Part shown: positions 18,664 to 28,433 of the stretch, in pieces
Numbering within the stretch: the stretch's first letter is position 1
Layout: every line of letters begins with the position of its first letter
The notes under the pieces: model-generated
Seen by the model: only the letters and a program-made list of their open reading frames with translations
Told to the model about the DNA's origin: nothing
The model's database searches: none
IMG/VR virus record: IMGVR_UViG_3300009788_000018
Location: 1-56,833 of that record
Origin: a virus
Taxonomy: Duplodnaviria > Caudoviricetes
Strand: one strand, 5' to 3'
DNA length: 56,833 nucleotides
Made by a program: the position numbers and the translations under genes

Positions 18664-20083
18664 TTTCTTCTTCCCCACTTTCTTCTTCAAGTTCTGGTTC
18701 GCCCAACGGTTCATCTGGTTCTCCAACCTCAACGAAGCTAGTTCCCATATAGAACTTGTCTCCTCCTGAATAAGCAGGAAGACCTAATTCAACTCTAGCC
18801 TCGTTAGGAGTTAGCGTACCATTTTGAATTTGCTTGTTTGTTCGTTCAACCTCAGCATCATGGTCTCTAGTGTCAATCTCGTTGAATTGGAATGTATACA
18901 CATCTGAACCAATGAGCTTGTTCATTATGTCAGACAGATCAAGCTGTAGCGGTTTAACTACAGACTGAACATAGATCTTGTTAGCTTCTTCTGCGACGTT
19001 ACCTCCAAGCTTACCAACAATTCTGACACCTATCCTTTCAGGTGGCATCGAGAAAGAGATAAGAATGTGTTCTCGTCTAGTTTGTTCGTATAACTTGAAG
19101 CTGGCCTCCTTTACCTCCTTACCTAAAGGAGTGTAATGGAACTTACAGTTATCAGGCTGAGTAATAACCAACGACTTGTGTCCGTTCTCAGCACCTTTCA
19201 GATTAGCGTTCAAGAATTCAGTGACAGTCTTATCAGAGCCCTCTTCCCACTCACCTTCAAGAACGATGATGGCAGAGGGTACTCCATAGTTTTCAAAGAA
19301 AGCTAGGTTGTAATCTCGTAAACCGATCATAGCCATTATATCGCCAGTAGCAGCTATTGAATTAGGCACTCCATAGTAATCAGACTTAGGGTAATACTTC
19401 TTAAAGAAGATCATCTCATTAGCCTTAGTTCTGAAGCTTAAACCTTTTCCTTCTTTACCTTTGTCCTTACCATCTTTCCAGGCTATGTCCTTTTTAGATC
19501 CAAACTTCTTGAACCATACCTTCTTCTGGCCTCGAACCTGGACATACTTTCGATTAGAGATATGAACTCGAAGAGTCTGAGCAGGAACTTGATAGATCTC
19601 AGCTACCTCGCCCTTCTTGTTCTTAACTATTTCTAAACCAAACCAGCCCATCGAACCCCAGTCGATTAGAAGCTTATTAAGGATAGTGCGTAAAGCTTCT
19701 TCCTCGTTAGGTTTGGTCAGGAACTCATTTATCCTAGCGAGCTCAGTCTTGCTCTCTGACTTACCTTCCTTCAAAGTTATATTCCAGCCCAGTCCTGCTA
19801 CGTCAATAGCTAATTGATTGACGCATCTATATAGGATAGAGTTGGATTCATACAAGTTGAGCAACACTTCTGGCCGATAAGGAGGAGGAACTAATTGATT
19901 GCTCGCCATCCAGGTCTGCTTCTGTTTAAGCTGTTTAGAGTTAGTATCATTCACCTCTATCTCAGCAGACTTAAGAACCTCGTATGGAAAGACTCCTTTG
20001 TCAGTCTGGATAAATACCTTGCCCTTTGGTATATCAGGAAGAATAGACTTTTCTATTTTCTTTTTTGATTTAGCCATTATCAA
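18656..20083 (-). CDS. Portal protein (PBSX family)
   Basis: YYGVP, FFEN.GVP, T.NEAR..LGL....GGD. Confidence 0.92.
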   Translation of the reverse strand: MIMAKSKKKIEKSILPDIPKGKVFIQTDKGVFPYEVLKSAEIEVNDTNSKQLKQKQTWMASNQLVPPPYRPEVLLNLYESNSILYRCVNQLAIDVAGLGWNITLKEGKSESKTELARINEFLTKPNEEEALRTILNKLLIDWGSMGWFGLEIVKNKKGEVAEIYQVPAQTLRVHISNRKYVQVRGQKKVWFKKFGSKKDIAWKDGKDKGKEGKGLSFRTKANEMIFFKKYYPKSDYYGVPNSIAATGDIMAMIGLRDYNLAFFENYGVPSAIIVLEGEWEEGSDKTVTEFLNANLKGAENGHKSLVITQPDNCKFHYTPLGKEVKEASFKLYEQTRREHILISFSMPPERIGVRIVGKLGGNVAEEANKIYVQSVVKPLQLDLSDIMNKLIGSDVYTFQFNEIDTRDHDAEVERTNKQIQNGTLTPNEARVELGLPAYSGGDKFYMGTSFVEVGEPDEPLGEPELEEESGEEENE

Positions 20084-20351
20084 TATCCTCTAAGGGAACC
20101 GTCTGTCCTTTTAGTTCATGAAAACAATCATTCAAAAATTGTATCTTACCATCTTTAACAAAACTGTGACACCTGCTTTTAGGATCATCCTTATTAACAA
20201 GCATTGATGGAGTGAAGGTTGGGTTTTCCAAATCTCCATTAAATTTCCATCTGCTTAAATCAAAAGCATGTCCAGTTTTACAACCAGGGCAAAAGATAAG
20301 TACTGAGTGGTTCTTAACTTTTTGACTGTCTAAGTAATAAGCTATAACCAT
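20070..20351 (-). CDS. DUF6527-like metal-binding protein
   Basis: CPGC..H, W.FNGD...PTF.PS, CHSFV.DG.IQFL.DC.H. Confidence 0.7.
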   Translation of the reverse strand: MVIAYYLDSQKVKNHSVLIFCPGCKTGHAFDLSRWKFNGDLENPTFTPSMLVNKDDPKSRCHSFVKDGKIQFLNDCFHELKGQTVPLEDIDNG

Positions 20352-20354
20352 GAC

Positions 20355-20651
20355 CTAAGCTTCTTGCTGTCCATGTCCTGTGTACAGTTTCGGTTTTGTT
20401 GGTACATCGATCTGACTCTTCGGCTCGATGATAGTAACCAAGAGAATCATTTCAGTATCAACCACCATATATGCGTTTGGATCTTTATTTTCTACATAAT
20501 CTTGAGCACAGAAAGACTTGATTGGATTGGGACCCCAAATATCCTCCCGCATTTTTCTTGCCATCTTTGGAGCAGATAGTTCATCGAAGCCCATCATAAT
20601 TTGTTGGCCATTTTTTAACATTACTGCTATGTTAACATTCTTAGCACTCAT
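20355..20651 (-). CDS. Hypothetical protein
   Basis: SD AAAGGAG; fits the operon. Confidence 0.6.
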   Translation of the reverse strand: MSAKNVNIAVMLKNGQQIMMGFDELSAPKMARKMREDIWGPNPIKSFCAQDYVENKDPNAYMVVDTEMILLVTIIEPKSQIDVPTKPKLYTGHGQQEA

Positions 20652-20665
20652 TGCAACTCTCCTTT

Positions 20666-21967
20666 CTATGCAGCTATTACACTGCCTTTCTTTCTCTTAC
20701 CATCAGTTGAGTATATAACATATCTGGTAACGTCCAGAGTATGGTCATCTTTCCCTACCGGAATATCAGCAGGGTTTCTTTTGTTAGTTCCCTTAGGATA
20801 ATGATAAGAAGGAAACTCACGACAGGTATTTCTACAAGTGTTGAAAATGTACAGGCTCGGCTTTTTATTCTCTTTAACCTTTAGCTTAGATTGTACCAGC
20901 TCAATACCACGAGCGATATCTTTATGAGCACACCTAGTCGGAATGCCCGCCTTCCTCATGTCAGACCTGTTCTCTGCATTCTCAGGATCTGCCCAGTTAG
21001 CTAGATACTGCTCTTTACCACTGAGACGTTTAACGTTAATGATATGTTCTTGAATACCAGTTCTGGCTTGGTAGTACTCACGGAAGACGTACCAGTTCTC
21101 GTCCTTATCCTTCGCCATCCATAGACAACAGAATGGATTAGTAAAGCCAAAGTCAAATCCCCTGTACAAACCCCAACCCTCAGGAATCTCAAATGGCTTG
21201 ATAACATGGACCGATCTACTAAAGGTACTGTACACTGCACCATGGAAGGATGCGAACTTACCTTCGATTCTAGTTGTCTGTGTTTCGGCAGGCCAACCAG
21301 CGATAAGCTTATCTATTCTAGCATCTGCGATATAACCGCCTCGGCTTTTTCGGTTAGAGTTCAGATTAGCATAGAACACCTCATCTGTGTCAGGCAGATC
21401 TTCGATTCGTTCTTCTAGTTCAGATTGTGGCAGAACAGGCGTCATAGACCAAGAGATATATCCTTCTTTGACTAATAGCCTTGCTTGGATCTCGTCGAAT
21501 ATACCAACAAAATCATGATGGCATTGTTCATCACAGTAACAGGAGTCAATTGCTCTACCCTGGAATAGTTCACGGCCTTGATTAAAAGCTTTGAACTCGA
21601 TCTTGTGACCATTCTTTAAGAAGACTTTTCTAGGTACCTTATCTTGACCATAAACTATATTAGCAATATGATGTTTAGGAATAAGTTGCTCTAGGTTATC
21701 AGCCCAGAGAATATCTCGGACCTGTTCCCAGGATTCAATACAACACCAGTGTGTTCCTTTACGAATATTCTTATAAGGATGAATGTTTAAAACAACCTGA
21801 GCAAGATCGATCATATTAGTATGAGTCTTACCAGACTGGTTTCCGCCAAAGAACCACTTAATGTCAGCGTTCGACTTATGGAAGTCACTCTGTGTGGTAT
21901 CATCTTCCAATGGTTTATATAAAGCTAGTTTAGGTCCTAGCCACTTTATCTGGGTAGTCGTTAACAT
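20666..21967 (-). CDS. terL: Terminase large subunit
   Basis: Walker A GGNQSGKT, Walker B YCDE, MTP coupling motif, nuclease GFDFG, WADP and DDH.LD..RY. Confidence 0.95.
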   Translation of the reverse strand: MLTTTQIKWLGPKLALYKPLEDDTTQSDFHKSNADIKWFFGGNQSGKTHTNMIDLAQVVLNIHPYKNIRKGTHWCCIESWEQVRDILWADNLEQLIPKHHIANIVYGQDKVPRKVFLKNGHKIEFKAFNQGRELFQGRAIDSCYCDEQCHHDFVGIFDEIQARLLVKEGYISWSMTPVLPQSELEERIEDLPDTDEVFYANLNSNRKSRGGYIADARIDKLIAGWPAETQTTRIEGKFASFHGAVYSTFSRSVHVIKPFEIPEGWGLYRGFDFGFTNPFCCLWMAKDKDENWYVFREYYQARTGIQEHIINVKRLSGKEQYLANWADPENAENRSDMRKAGIPTRCAHKDIARGIELVQSKLKVKENKKPSLYIFNTCRNTCREFPSYHYPKGTNKRNPADIPVGKDDHTLDVTRYVIYSTDGKRKKGSVIAA

Positions 21968-23064
21968 TACGGAGCAGTAAGACCTCCAAGTACATTATTG
22001 ATGCTACGTATATTTTCGGACTCAGTATTAGTCATCTTCTGAATGAGCAGGATATCTCCCGTTGTCTTATGCTTATACTCTAACTGCCAAGGAGTAGTGT
22101 CAATGTTGATTATCTTGTTAGCATTAAGTAAGTCCATTATCAATTCGCTTGTTCGGCCACCATTATTAAAAAAGGTTTCAAAGTTCTGACCTGTCTTCTC
22201 AGTAAGCTCAGTTCCCTTAATGGCTTGAGTTTCAACACAGACCATAGGAAGCATAACATAAGCAGAAGTTGTGTCTGGTACAATATCCCAATCATCATCA
22301 GCAGGTAAAGTTGCTACTTTAGTTGTTCCATTGTAACCAATAATTCTCTTAACTTGATCTTCCCCAGTACCAGAGCGAATGAATACCATTTGGTTTCGAT
22401 ACACATCATCTTGATCTGAAGCTAACGCATTAAGTGTTATAGTAGTAGCAGTTCCCCCTTGAGCAAGACCTTCATTAACGTGCTCTCTACCAGGGTCACT
22501 TATAATAATAAATTCACTGTCATCGGCGGGATTGACCTTCCAATTGCGATCAACCGTTGCAGTTTTATTTGTACCATTGTATTGATATATTAATCTACTT
22601 TGACCTTTACCTGTTCCTGCGATAATACATACTCTACCAGGATCATAAGCACCATTAACTGCAGAAGCATCAACATCGAATTGAATTTGATTGTTACCAG
22701 TGCCCGGACCACGTGCAAGTTCATTTCTAATAACATGAGCGGCTACAGTCCGTAACCTTCTTCCAGCAGAGGTCGGTATATTATGAGTTGAGGCAGTAAG
22801 AGGAGCATCCCATATAATGTTCTCAGCTTCCTTATAGATACTACCATTTCCAAAGTTAACTCCAGCAACAGCAGGTTTGATTACATCACCTGGTTCTATA
22901 GTGATAGATCCAAGATTAGCATAAAGATTAAGGTGATCCGTATCGCTAAGAGCAACTGCAGTCTGACTATCTCTGATGGTCAAGTCAGGTTTGTAGATAG
23001 CAGCAGTAACTGTCGCTAATCCTGATACTGGATATACGACTACAATTTCTAGCTCATTAGCCAT
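21967..23064 (-). CDS. Putative virion protein with internal ~70-aa duplication
   Basis: Two I..GTG..Q.R.I..YNGT.K.AT....W...P units. Confidence 0.6.
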   Translation of the reverse strand: MANELEIVVVYPVSGLATVTAAIYKPDLTIRDSQTAVALSDTDHLNLYANLGSITIEPGDVIKPAVAGVNFGNGSIYKEAENIIWDAPLTASTHNIPTSAGRRLRTVAAHVIRNELARGPGTGNNQIQFDVDASAVNGAYDPGRVCIIAGTGKGQSRLIYQYNGTNKTATVDRNWKVNPADDSEFIIISDPGREHVNEGLAQGGTATTITLNALASDQDDVYRNQMVFIRSGTGEDQVKRIIGYNGTTKVATLPADDDWDIVPDTTSAYVMLPMVCVETQAIKGTELTEKTGQNFETFFNNGGRTSELIMDLLNANKIINIDTTPWQLEYKHKTTGDILLIQKMTNTESENIRSINNVLGGLTAP

Positions 23065-23242
23065 TCTTAATTTCTTCCTCTACCTTATGCTGCTGATTAA
23101 GGTTTAACTGTAAAGCGGTCTTGGTCCGGTTAAGATCTAAGATAAGGGTCTCACGTTTTTTGAAAAGATCATTACCAGCCAATTGTAGCTTTGTCAGTTT
23201 CTTTTTTAAAGGATTCTCAGTTTTCTTTTTCTTCTTCGCCAT
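23057..23242 (-). CDS. Small basic coiled-coil protein
   Basis: Overlaps the next gene; heptad pattern. Confidence 0.5.
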   Translation of the reverse strand: MAKKKKKTENPLKKKLTKLQLAGNDLFKKRETLILDLNRTKTALQLNLNQQHKVEEEIKNG

Positions 23243-23260
23243 TAGCATATTCCCTTAAGA

Positions 23261-23443
23261 TTATTTATCGAATTCTCTAAGAAGCGATATTAGAGAAGTC
23301 CTTCTATCCTGGAATCTTTTATCTATGGCTGCTTTCAAAGATAATATCCTAGCGTTAAGCTTAGATAGTTCAGTTTGAACATCTGCCTTAGCTATGTCCT
23401 TTGTTTCTCTTACCGTGTTGTCATCTATCCGTTCTATAGTCAT
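23261..23443 (-). CDS. Small hypothetical protein
   Basis: SD AAAGGA; fits the operon. Confidence 0.5.
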   Translation of the reverse strand: MTIERIDDNTVRETKDIAKADVQTELSKLNARILSLKAAIDKRFQDRRTSLISLLREFDK

Positions 23444-23456
23444 ATCATTTCCTTTG

Positions 23457-24617
23457 TTATGCTGACTGCCTGACTAGTCCCATATTTTGTAGCGCAGTTA
23501 TAACGTTGTCAACCGTTGCTCCACCACCTGTGGCAAGGACTTGTTGTACAATAGGAGTCACTCCCCAAAACGATAATTTATTAGACGAATTGAGTCCTAC
23601 TCTTCCTCCCGTTGAAGTTCCAAATATAATATTGTCTCCTTCACCAAGTTCTATATCCACACCAAATTGAACTCTATTTGCACCAGCATTGACTACAAGT
23701 GCATTAGCATCACCATTTGTTTCTACTCTGAAGTCAATATCTTGAGAATCATCATTGAAAGAAATCTCATCCTTACCTATTGTCATAAGACTATTAGCAC
23801 TGTGGTCACTAATTAAGAATCTACCATACAAAGCAGTGACTCCTCCCCTGTTACCTAAAGTTATATCCATATCGCCACCTGGTCCATAACTACCTACTAT
23901 TGGAATTGATCCATCGCCGGTTACTATTGTTACGCCTCCACCCTGCCCACTCGGAGCTGATGTAGAACTTCCACAATTAACTTCCAAACAAGAAGCAGAA
24001 ATATTTGATGCGTCTGGTTGATTAATGGTAAGAGTTTTAATTACTACATCAGCACCTGCCATATCAACATCACCACCAACTTCTAAGTCATTCCATATTC
24101 TTAAATCTCCAACCATTGAAGTATTATCAGGCATTAATCTTATTTCCAAACTATCTATAACGGCACTACAAGAATCAAGTGCACGAGTTGCTTGTAGTTG
24201 GGGATTAGTTGTGGAACCAGCTACCTCATTTACAAAATAAGTTCCAGGACTTTTGAATTGTCCAAGAGAAGTTCCGCCCACTCTCAATCGTAAGTTTCCT
24301 GTCGTACCTGTTGTTAGTGAAGAGATTATAATTTTTGCAGAATATCTTCTGCCTGCAATTATTGGTACTGATGGGTCTGGTTGTAACGTTTGTTCGTTAC
24401 CAGTTGCAGTAATACTTGCTTGCCCACCGGACACCGACCATGGTGCTGCGAATGACCAAGCATCAGCATCATCAAATGAATAATCTATAATTTCTTCCGC
24501 TCCAACAAAACAACCACTTCCGTCTGTACGAAGATTCTGAGTAGCATCAGTCCAATCGATATGTTCATTGACAACATAGCCAGCAATAAAATCATGATGT
24601 ACGGTTTCAATAAGCAT
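23457..24617 (-). CDS. Tail fibre/spike-like protein
   Basis: EHIDW start, jelly-roll-like segment, Gly-rich beta repeats, DIDFRVE, KLSFWG.TP..Q, L...GL end. Confidence 0.6.
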   Translation of the reverse strand: MLIETVHHDFIAGYVVNEHIDWTDATQNLRTDGSGCFVGAEEIIDYSFDDADAWSFAAPWSVSGGQASITATGNEQTLQPDPSVPIIAGRRYSAKIIISSLTTGTTGNLRLRVGGTSLGQFKSPGTYFVNEVAGSTTNPQLQATRALDSCSAVIDSLEIRLMPDNTSMVGDLRIWNDLEVGGDVDMAGADVVIKTLTINQPDASNISASCLEVNCGSSTSAPSGQGGGVTIVTGDGSIPIVGSYGPGGDMDITLGNRGGVTALYGRFLISDHSANSLMTIGKDEISFNDDSQDIDFRVETNGDANALVVNAGANRVQFGVDIELGEGDNIIFGTSTGGRVGLNSSNKLSFWGVTPIVQQVLATGGGATVDNVITALQNMGLVRQSA

Positions 24618-25009
24618 TATTTGTAACGCTCCAATAATTCCTCTTGAATGGCCTTTGCGACTTCATCTTCCATAGAAGCTTCAAAATTAGCCATAACACC
24701 TTCAATTGATTTAAGGTCTGGCAGGAGTTTCTTCATCAAAGCGATCATCACTGTTTTATCCTCATATCCTTTTTTAACAAAGGTTGAAAGCAAAGATTCA
24801 CCCTTCTCTACTTCAACCTCTTTGATAGCTTCCATTAATTCCTTGATGGAGTATTTGTTTTTACTCCCCTTAGGACGACCTTTAGCATTAAGACAATGTC
24901 CTGGCATGATATGTCCAAGATGATCCCTTTCTGGAGTGCTATCTGTGAACACTTCCTTCTTGAAGGTCTTCTTGCTATACTTGCTTTTTGGTTTGTACTT
25001 CGGAGGCAT
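24617..25009 (-). CDS. terS: Terminase small subunit (putative)
   Basis: PG...N.KGRPKGSKNK and KLLPDLK motifs; upstream of terL. Confidence 0.65.
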   Translation of the reverse strand: MPPKYKPKSKYSKKTFKKEVFTDSTPERDHLGHIMPGHCLNAKGRPKGSKNKYSIKELMEAIKEVEVEKGESLLSTFVKKGYEDKTVMIALMKKLLPDLKSIEGVMANFEASMEDEVAKAIQEELLERYK

Positions 25010-25352
25010 ATCCCATACCTTTAAAAATAAAGTTAAGAAGTAATATCATGGGACCATCAAACATTCGATTTATGTTTTTGCTCTAGCTACTGATCTTAGT
25101 TCGAGCAGCACTTAATACAAAATGAATAAATGGTCCCCTAATACAACCTCTTAACTTTTTAATTACCCAAATCCTTCTGCGACCTTAGAACCCTTCTGCG
25201 CTTATCCTCGAGTTCTTTACAAGCATAATATATACGACAAGCAGCACTTTAGCAGGTATATTCCGCACTAATTCTACGGTATTGGATATGGTGTGTCCAT
25301 GGTATGGTAGCCTATGGTATAGGCACAACAGGGAATTTATTTGGTAATCTCG

Positions 25353-25871
25353 TTACTTGTTGAGATTCATCAGGAAATATCGGCCTACTCCTACTGCATC
25401 AGCCTGGTCGGGTTGGGTAATTGTTATCCCGAAGGTACGTTTAATACGTCTCTGTGTGTCTTCCTTTTTGGTGTTCCCTTTCCACTTACGTACCCCCAAT
25501 AGATGGACCTTACAACCCATCCTTTTAGCTCCCATCCTTATGCTATGCACTACAGCGGTCAGTTTAAGAACGGACCCTGAGTTATTTGCACCTTCTCCTT
25601 TTTCAGTACCTATAAAGATCGCAGGTTCCTCTATTACTACTATATCAATACAGTATTCCTTGATAAGGCTATGGACATCTATTAGGAGTATATCCATGCG
25701 CTGCATCCAGTCAAGGCTTTTGTTCTTTATCTGAAATACTCCACTGTCCATATACTTGTATCGGGTCTGTCCTACGTTAAATATGGCCCATCCTAGGTTT
25801 TCAGTACCAGGATCTATTGCAAGTAGCTTACGTATTATTTTAGGGTTCTTTTTCTTGTATTTTGGTGGCAT
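25353..25871 (-). CDS. ruvC: RuvC-like Holliday junction resolvase
   Basis: LAIDPG...GWA, VVIE, WK, D.ADA.G. Confidence 0.85.
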   Translation of the reverse strand: MPPKYKKKNPKIIRKLLAIDPGTENLGWAIFNVGQTRYKYMDSGVFQIKNKSLDWMQRMDILLIDVHSLIKEYCIDIVVIEEPAIFIGTEKGEGANNSGSVLKLTAVVHSIRMGAKRMGCKVHLLGVRKWKGNTKKEDTQRRIKRTFGITITQPDQADAVGVGRYFLMNLNK

Positions 25872-25921
25872 TTGTAAATTCCTTAATTTTCAGTCCTATT
25901 AGTGGTTATCCTCTTTAGCGT

Positions 25922-25951
25922 ATTATAAACGAAGTAATTCTATAAGTCAGG
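25922..25951 (-). promoter_or_regulatory. Sigma70-like leftward promoter
   Basis: CTGACT-17nt-TATAAT on the minus strand upstream of ruvC. Confidence 0.6.
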
Positions 25952-25953
25952 AA

Positions 25954-26160
25954 AAAACCTTCGTATGGCAGATCGTGTAATTAAATAGTTACATACACCA
26001 TGTTTTTACGTACGAAGGTGTACGAAGGTTTTATTCAATCCTATAAGAATTGCATTTAAAATAGGTCAAAAGAATCAAAGCTCTGTTTCTCTTCATAAGT
26101 CTATATTATATATATCTATATATATATATATCTATATTGGTTTATTTATTTATATTATAT
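25954..26160. other. AT-rich divergent intergenic region with repeats (candidate origin/operator)
   Basis: 12-bp inverted repeat 25954-25965/26021-26032, tandem GTACGAAGGT, (TA)n tract at 26101-26137. Confidence 0.45.
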
Positions 26161-26301
26161 GATGAGCAGTATAGTAATAAGTTATAGGGGGGTAAGTTAC
26201 CTCCTTCGGGGACCTAAGAGGAAGAGGACAATTGCATTGTAAGCTGTTATATAGCCTAATATCCTGTATATACGCTCATCTCACAAAATAAATAAATAAA
26301 T

Positions 26302-26331
26302 CCTGACATATTTAATCCCTTATGGTATACT
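26302..26331 (+). promoter_or_regulatory. Sigma70-like rightward promoter with extended -10
   Basis: CTGACA-17nt-TATACT with TG; shares CCTGACA and CTTATGGTATA with 48252-48281. Confidence 0.7.
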
Positions 26332-26335
26332 ACGG

Positions 26336-26692
26336 ATGGACACCAAAATGGTGCAAAAACGAGTATATATAGGAAACAAGTGTATCATGGAAAATACTGC
26401 CAAAAATACTGATACCCCCAAACGAGGGGAGCCACTTAGCTTTACTGCCAAAGATATTGACAAGCTCGACAGAGCGGGAAGAGTACTTGAATTTCAGCAA
26501 CCTCATCCATCAGGAGGTAACTGTCGAGTTCAGATCTCTATGAAAAAGGCAATTGAATTCGCAAAGCAAGTTCATCCTAATCAATACGAATCAGATGAAG
26601 ATGCTTTGGAAGATTTTAAGACTATTCATTGGGCTTACTGGACTGAGCCTTGGAAGGGAGCAAAACATGAGAAAAGTGGTAATAGAGAATAA
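26336..26692 (+). CDS. Hypothetical protein (start may be 26387)
   Basis: First ORF after the rightward promoter. Confidence 0.55.
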   Translation: MDTKMVQKRVYIGNKCIMENTAKNTDTPKRGEPLSFTAKDIDKLDRAGRVLEFQQPHPSGGNCRVQISMKKAIEFAKQVHPNQYESDEDALEDFKTIHWAYWTEPWKGAKHEKSGNRE

Positions 26693-26879
26693 CATAATAA
26701 AGGAAGCAGGTACTCAGGGCAAACCTATACTGTGCTGCAACCATATAGGTTATCCTTGTAATAGTAAATGTGCTGTATATCTAACTCAGGCCAAGACAGG
26801 TCAAGACCAAACCATGGGTCCTTCTGGTCAGGTGGCTTACTGTAATCTAGCCAAGTGTATAATTGGCTGGTTTAGTTAG
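26667..26879 (+). CDS. Small Cys-rich hypothetical protein
   Basis: AAGGGAG SD before ATG (MRKVVIEN). Confidence 0.5.
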   Translation: MRKVVIENNIIKEAGTQGKPILCCNHIGYPCNSKCAVYLTQAKTGQDQTMGPSGQVAYCNLAKCIIGWFS

Positions 26880-26915
26880 AAACCATTTTCTAAGGTATAT
26901 AAAGGAAGCAATGCT

Positions 26916-27122
26916 ATGCCTGAAAACGCTACACTATCAAAGCTGGCTATCAAGCAATGGAGAGTTGTCCTTTGTCGGACCTATCCTAATTGCTATAAGG
27001 CCGAATCGCCATCTGGTGGTAACGAGACCTGGAAGTATAAGAAGACTCGTAAAGAAGCCCAAGATCTGTGCGATAAAATGAACGGGAAGCTGGAAAAGTT
27101 TTTGAAAGGAGAGTCTGTCTAA
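26916..27122 (+). CDS. Hypothetical protein
   Basis: SD; stop overlaps the next start. Confidence 0.55.
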   Translation: MPENATLSKLAIKQWRVVLCRTYPNCYKAESPSGGNETWKYKKTRKEAQDLCDKMNGKLEKFLKGESV

Positions 27123-27325
27123 TGGAGACGGAACACACAATCAAAAAAGATGACTATGTAAAGGTCACGGATGGTAAACCTATCAATGCTCGATATAAAG
27201 GCAAGATAGGAAAAGTGGTAAGTGTACATCCTAGAAGTAATATGTACCTCCACATTTCTTTCAAGGGATGTGGACTATCAGATCAAGGTTTTAAAGAATG
27301 TGAAGTTGAAAAACTAAACTGTTAG
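27122..27325 (+). CDS. Small KOW/SH3-like protein
   Basis: IKKDDYVKV..G...YKGKIGKVV.V. Confidence 0.55.
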   Translation: METEHTIKKDDYVKVTDGKPINARYKGKIGKVVSVHPRSNMYLHISFKGCGLSDQGFKECEVEKLNC

Positions 27326-27335
27326 GGAGAAAGCA

Positions 27336-27734
27336 ATGAACTACGTACTTAGAATACTAGAGAGGACTCTGCCCTCGTCTATCTCGGCTAATCCAGACCG
27401 GGTAAGACACTACTGGGTATTGGAGAATAGCAGAGGAGACTTTATCTGCCGGAGTTTCAATGGACGTTCCAGAGGAGCTAACTGGGGCTACAAACATAAG
27501 TCTATTGCTGTTACTGCGGCTAAACGGTTCATGAAGAACTGCCTCGGAGACCACTACGTAAGATTGGTTGAAGGCTACTATCCCGATAACAAAGGAAAGC
27601 TGATTGGTGGTAAGAACATGACCAAACGACGAAGAGCCAAGAGTCAGAAATTTGACTACAGCAGTTTAGTCCACGCGAAACCTAGTGTTAAGGTCAAGAA
27701 ACCATCAGGTGGGAGAGGAGTTACCGAAAGATGA
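27336..27734 (+). CDS. Hypothetical basic protein
   Basis: SD GGGAG; ATGA overlap with the next gene. Confidence 0.55.
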   Translation: MNYVLRILERTLPSSISANPDRVRHYWVLENSRGDFICRSFNGRSRGANWGYKHKSIAVTAAKRFMKNCLGDHYVRLVEGYYPDNKGKLIGGKNMTKRRRAKSQKFDYSSLVHAKPSVKVKKPSGGRGVTER

Positions 27735-27880
27735 AGAAACTACTTATACTTATATTACTCAGCTTTTTAATATCAGGCTGTGTTGAAAATATCGGTACTT
27801 ATCAAAGAACTCCCACTAAGTATTATCGAACTTACACCTTACCGAGTGGGCGAACGTTAATCGAAGAACTAACTTATTAA
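27731..27880 (+). CDS. Small lipoprotein (49 aa, not in ORF track)
   Basis: MKKLLILILLSFLISGC lipobox; fills the gap exactly. Confidence 0.6.
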   Translation: MKKLLILILLSFLISGCVENIGTYQRTPTKYYRTYTLPSGRTLIEELTY

Positions 27881-27893
27881 AGGAGTAAGGCAA

Positions 27894-28433
27894 ATGAGTA
27901 CAGAACTAGCCAAACAAATAGTGGACAGATTTAGTAGATTGGGACATCGACTTTCAACCCACAACATGAGATTTAATCTTTGCCAGAACATTCCAAATCA
28001 TGACCTCCTTGAGTTTATTGAATTTGTGCTCGATGAGTCAGCCAAAGATGAATCGGCTAAAACTGTTGAAGAAACAACTGCAGATTCTATGCTAGAGATA
28101 GGACAACTGTCCGACGAAATAACTAAGCTATTAACAGATCTTCGTTTTCAGCTTGTTATAGGACATGATGTAGTTCCTCCTGAGTTAATTACCAGGATTG
28201 ATAGTTTAGTAATCAAACCAACTCCCAAGATAAAAGACAAAGTAAAGATTATGTATCTGGGGGCGAATGATCAACGCAATCTCCATCCTAAATACTTAGG
28301 TGAAGAAGGAGTTGTTGTAGGCATAAAGGTTGAGTTGGATTATCCTTATCCTTACTACGTCCAAGTTCCAGGAGTACCTATCATGCAGTTCCAAGCAAAA
28401 GAACTTGAGATCATAAAGAAAGGAGTCTCATGA
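27894..28433 (+). CDS. Hypothetical protein with C-terminal SH3-like segment
   Basis: Preceded by the GGAGTAAGGCAA leader. Confidence 0.6.
   Translation: MSTELAKQIVDRFSRLGHRLSTHNMRFNLCQNIPNHDLLEFIEFVLDESAKDESAKTVEETTADSMLEIGQLSDEITKLLTDLRFQLVIGHDVVPPELITRIDSLVIKPTPKIKDKVKIMYLGANDQRNLHPKYLGEEGVVVGIKVELDYPYPYYVQVPGVPIMQFQAKELEIIKKGVS

Noticed and set aside
3207-24923. Plus-strand ORFs inside the late region (e.g. 4445-5083, 13696-14301)
   Set aside because: Antisense shadows of well-supported genes, with no RBS or motifs.
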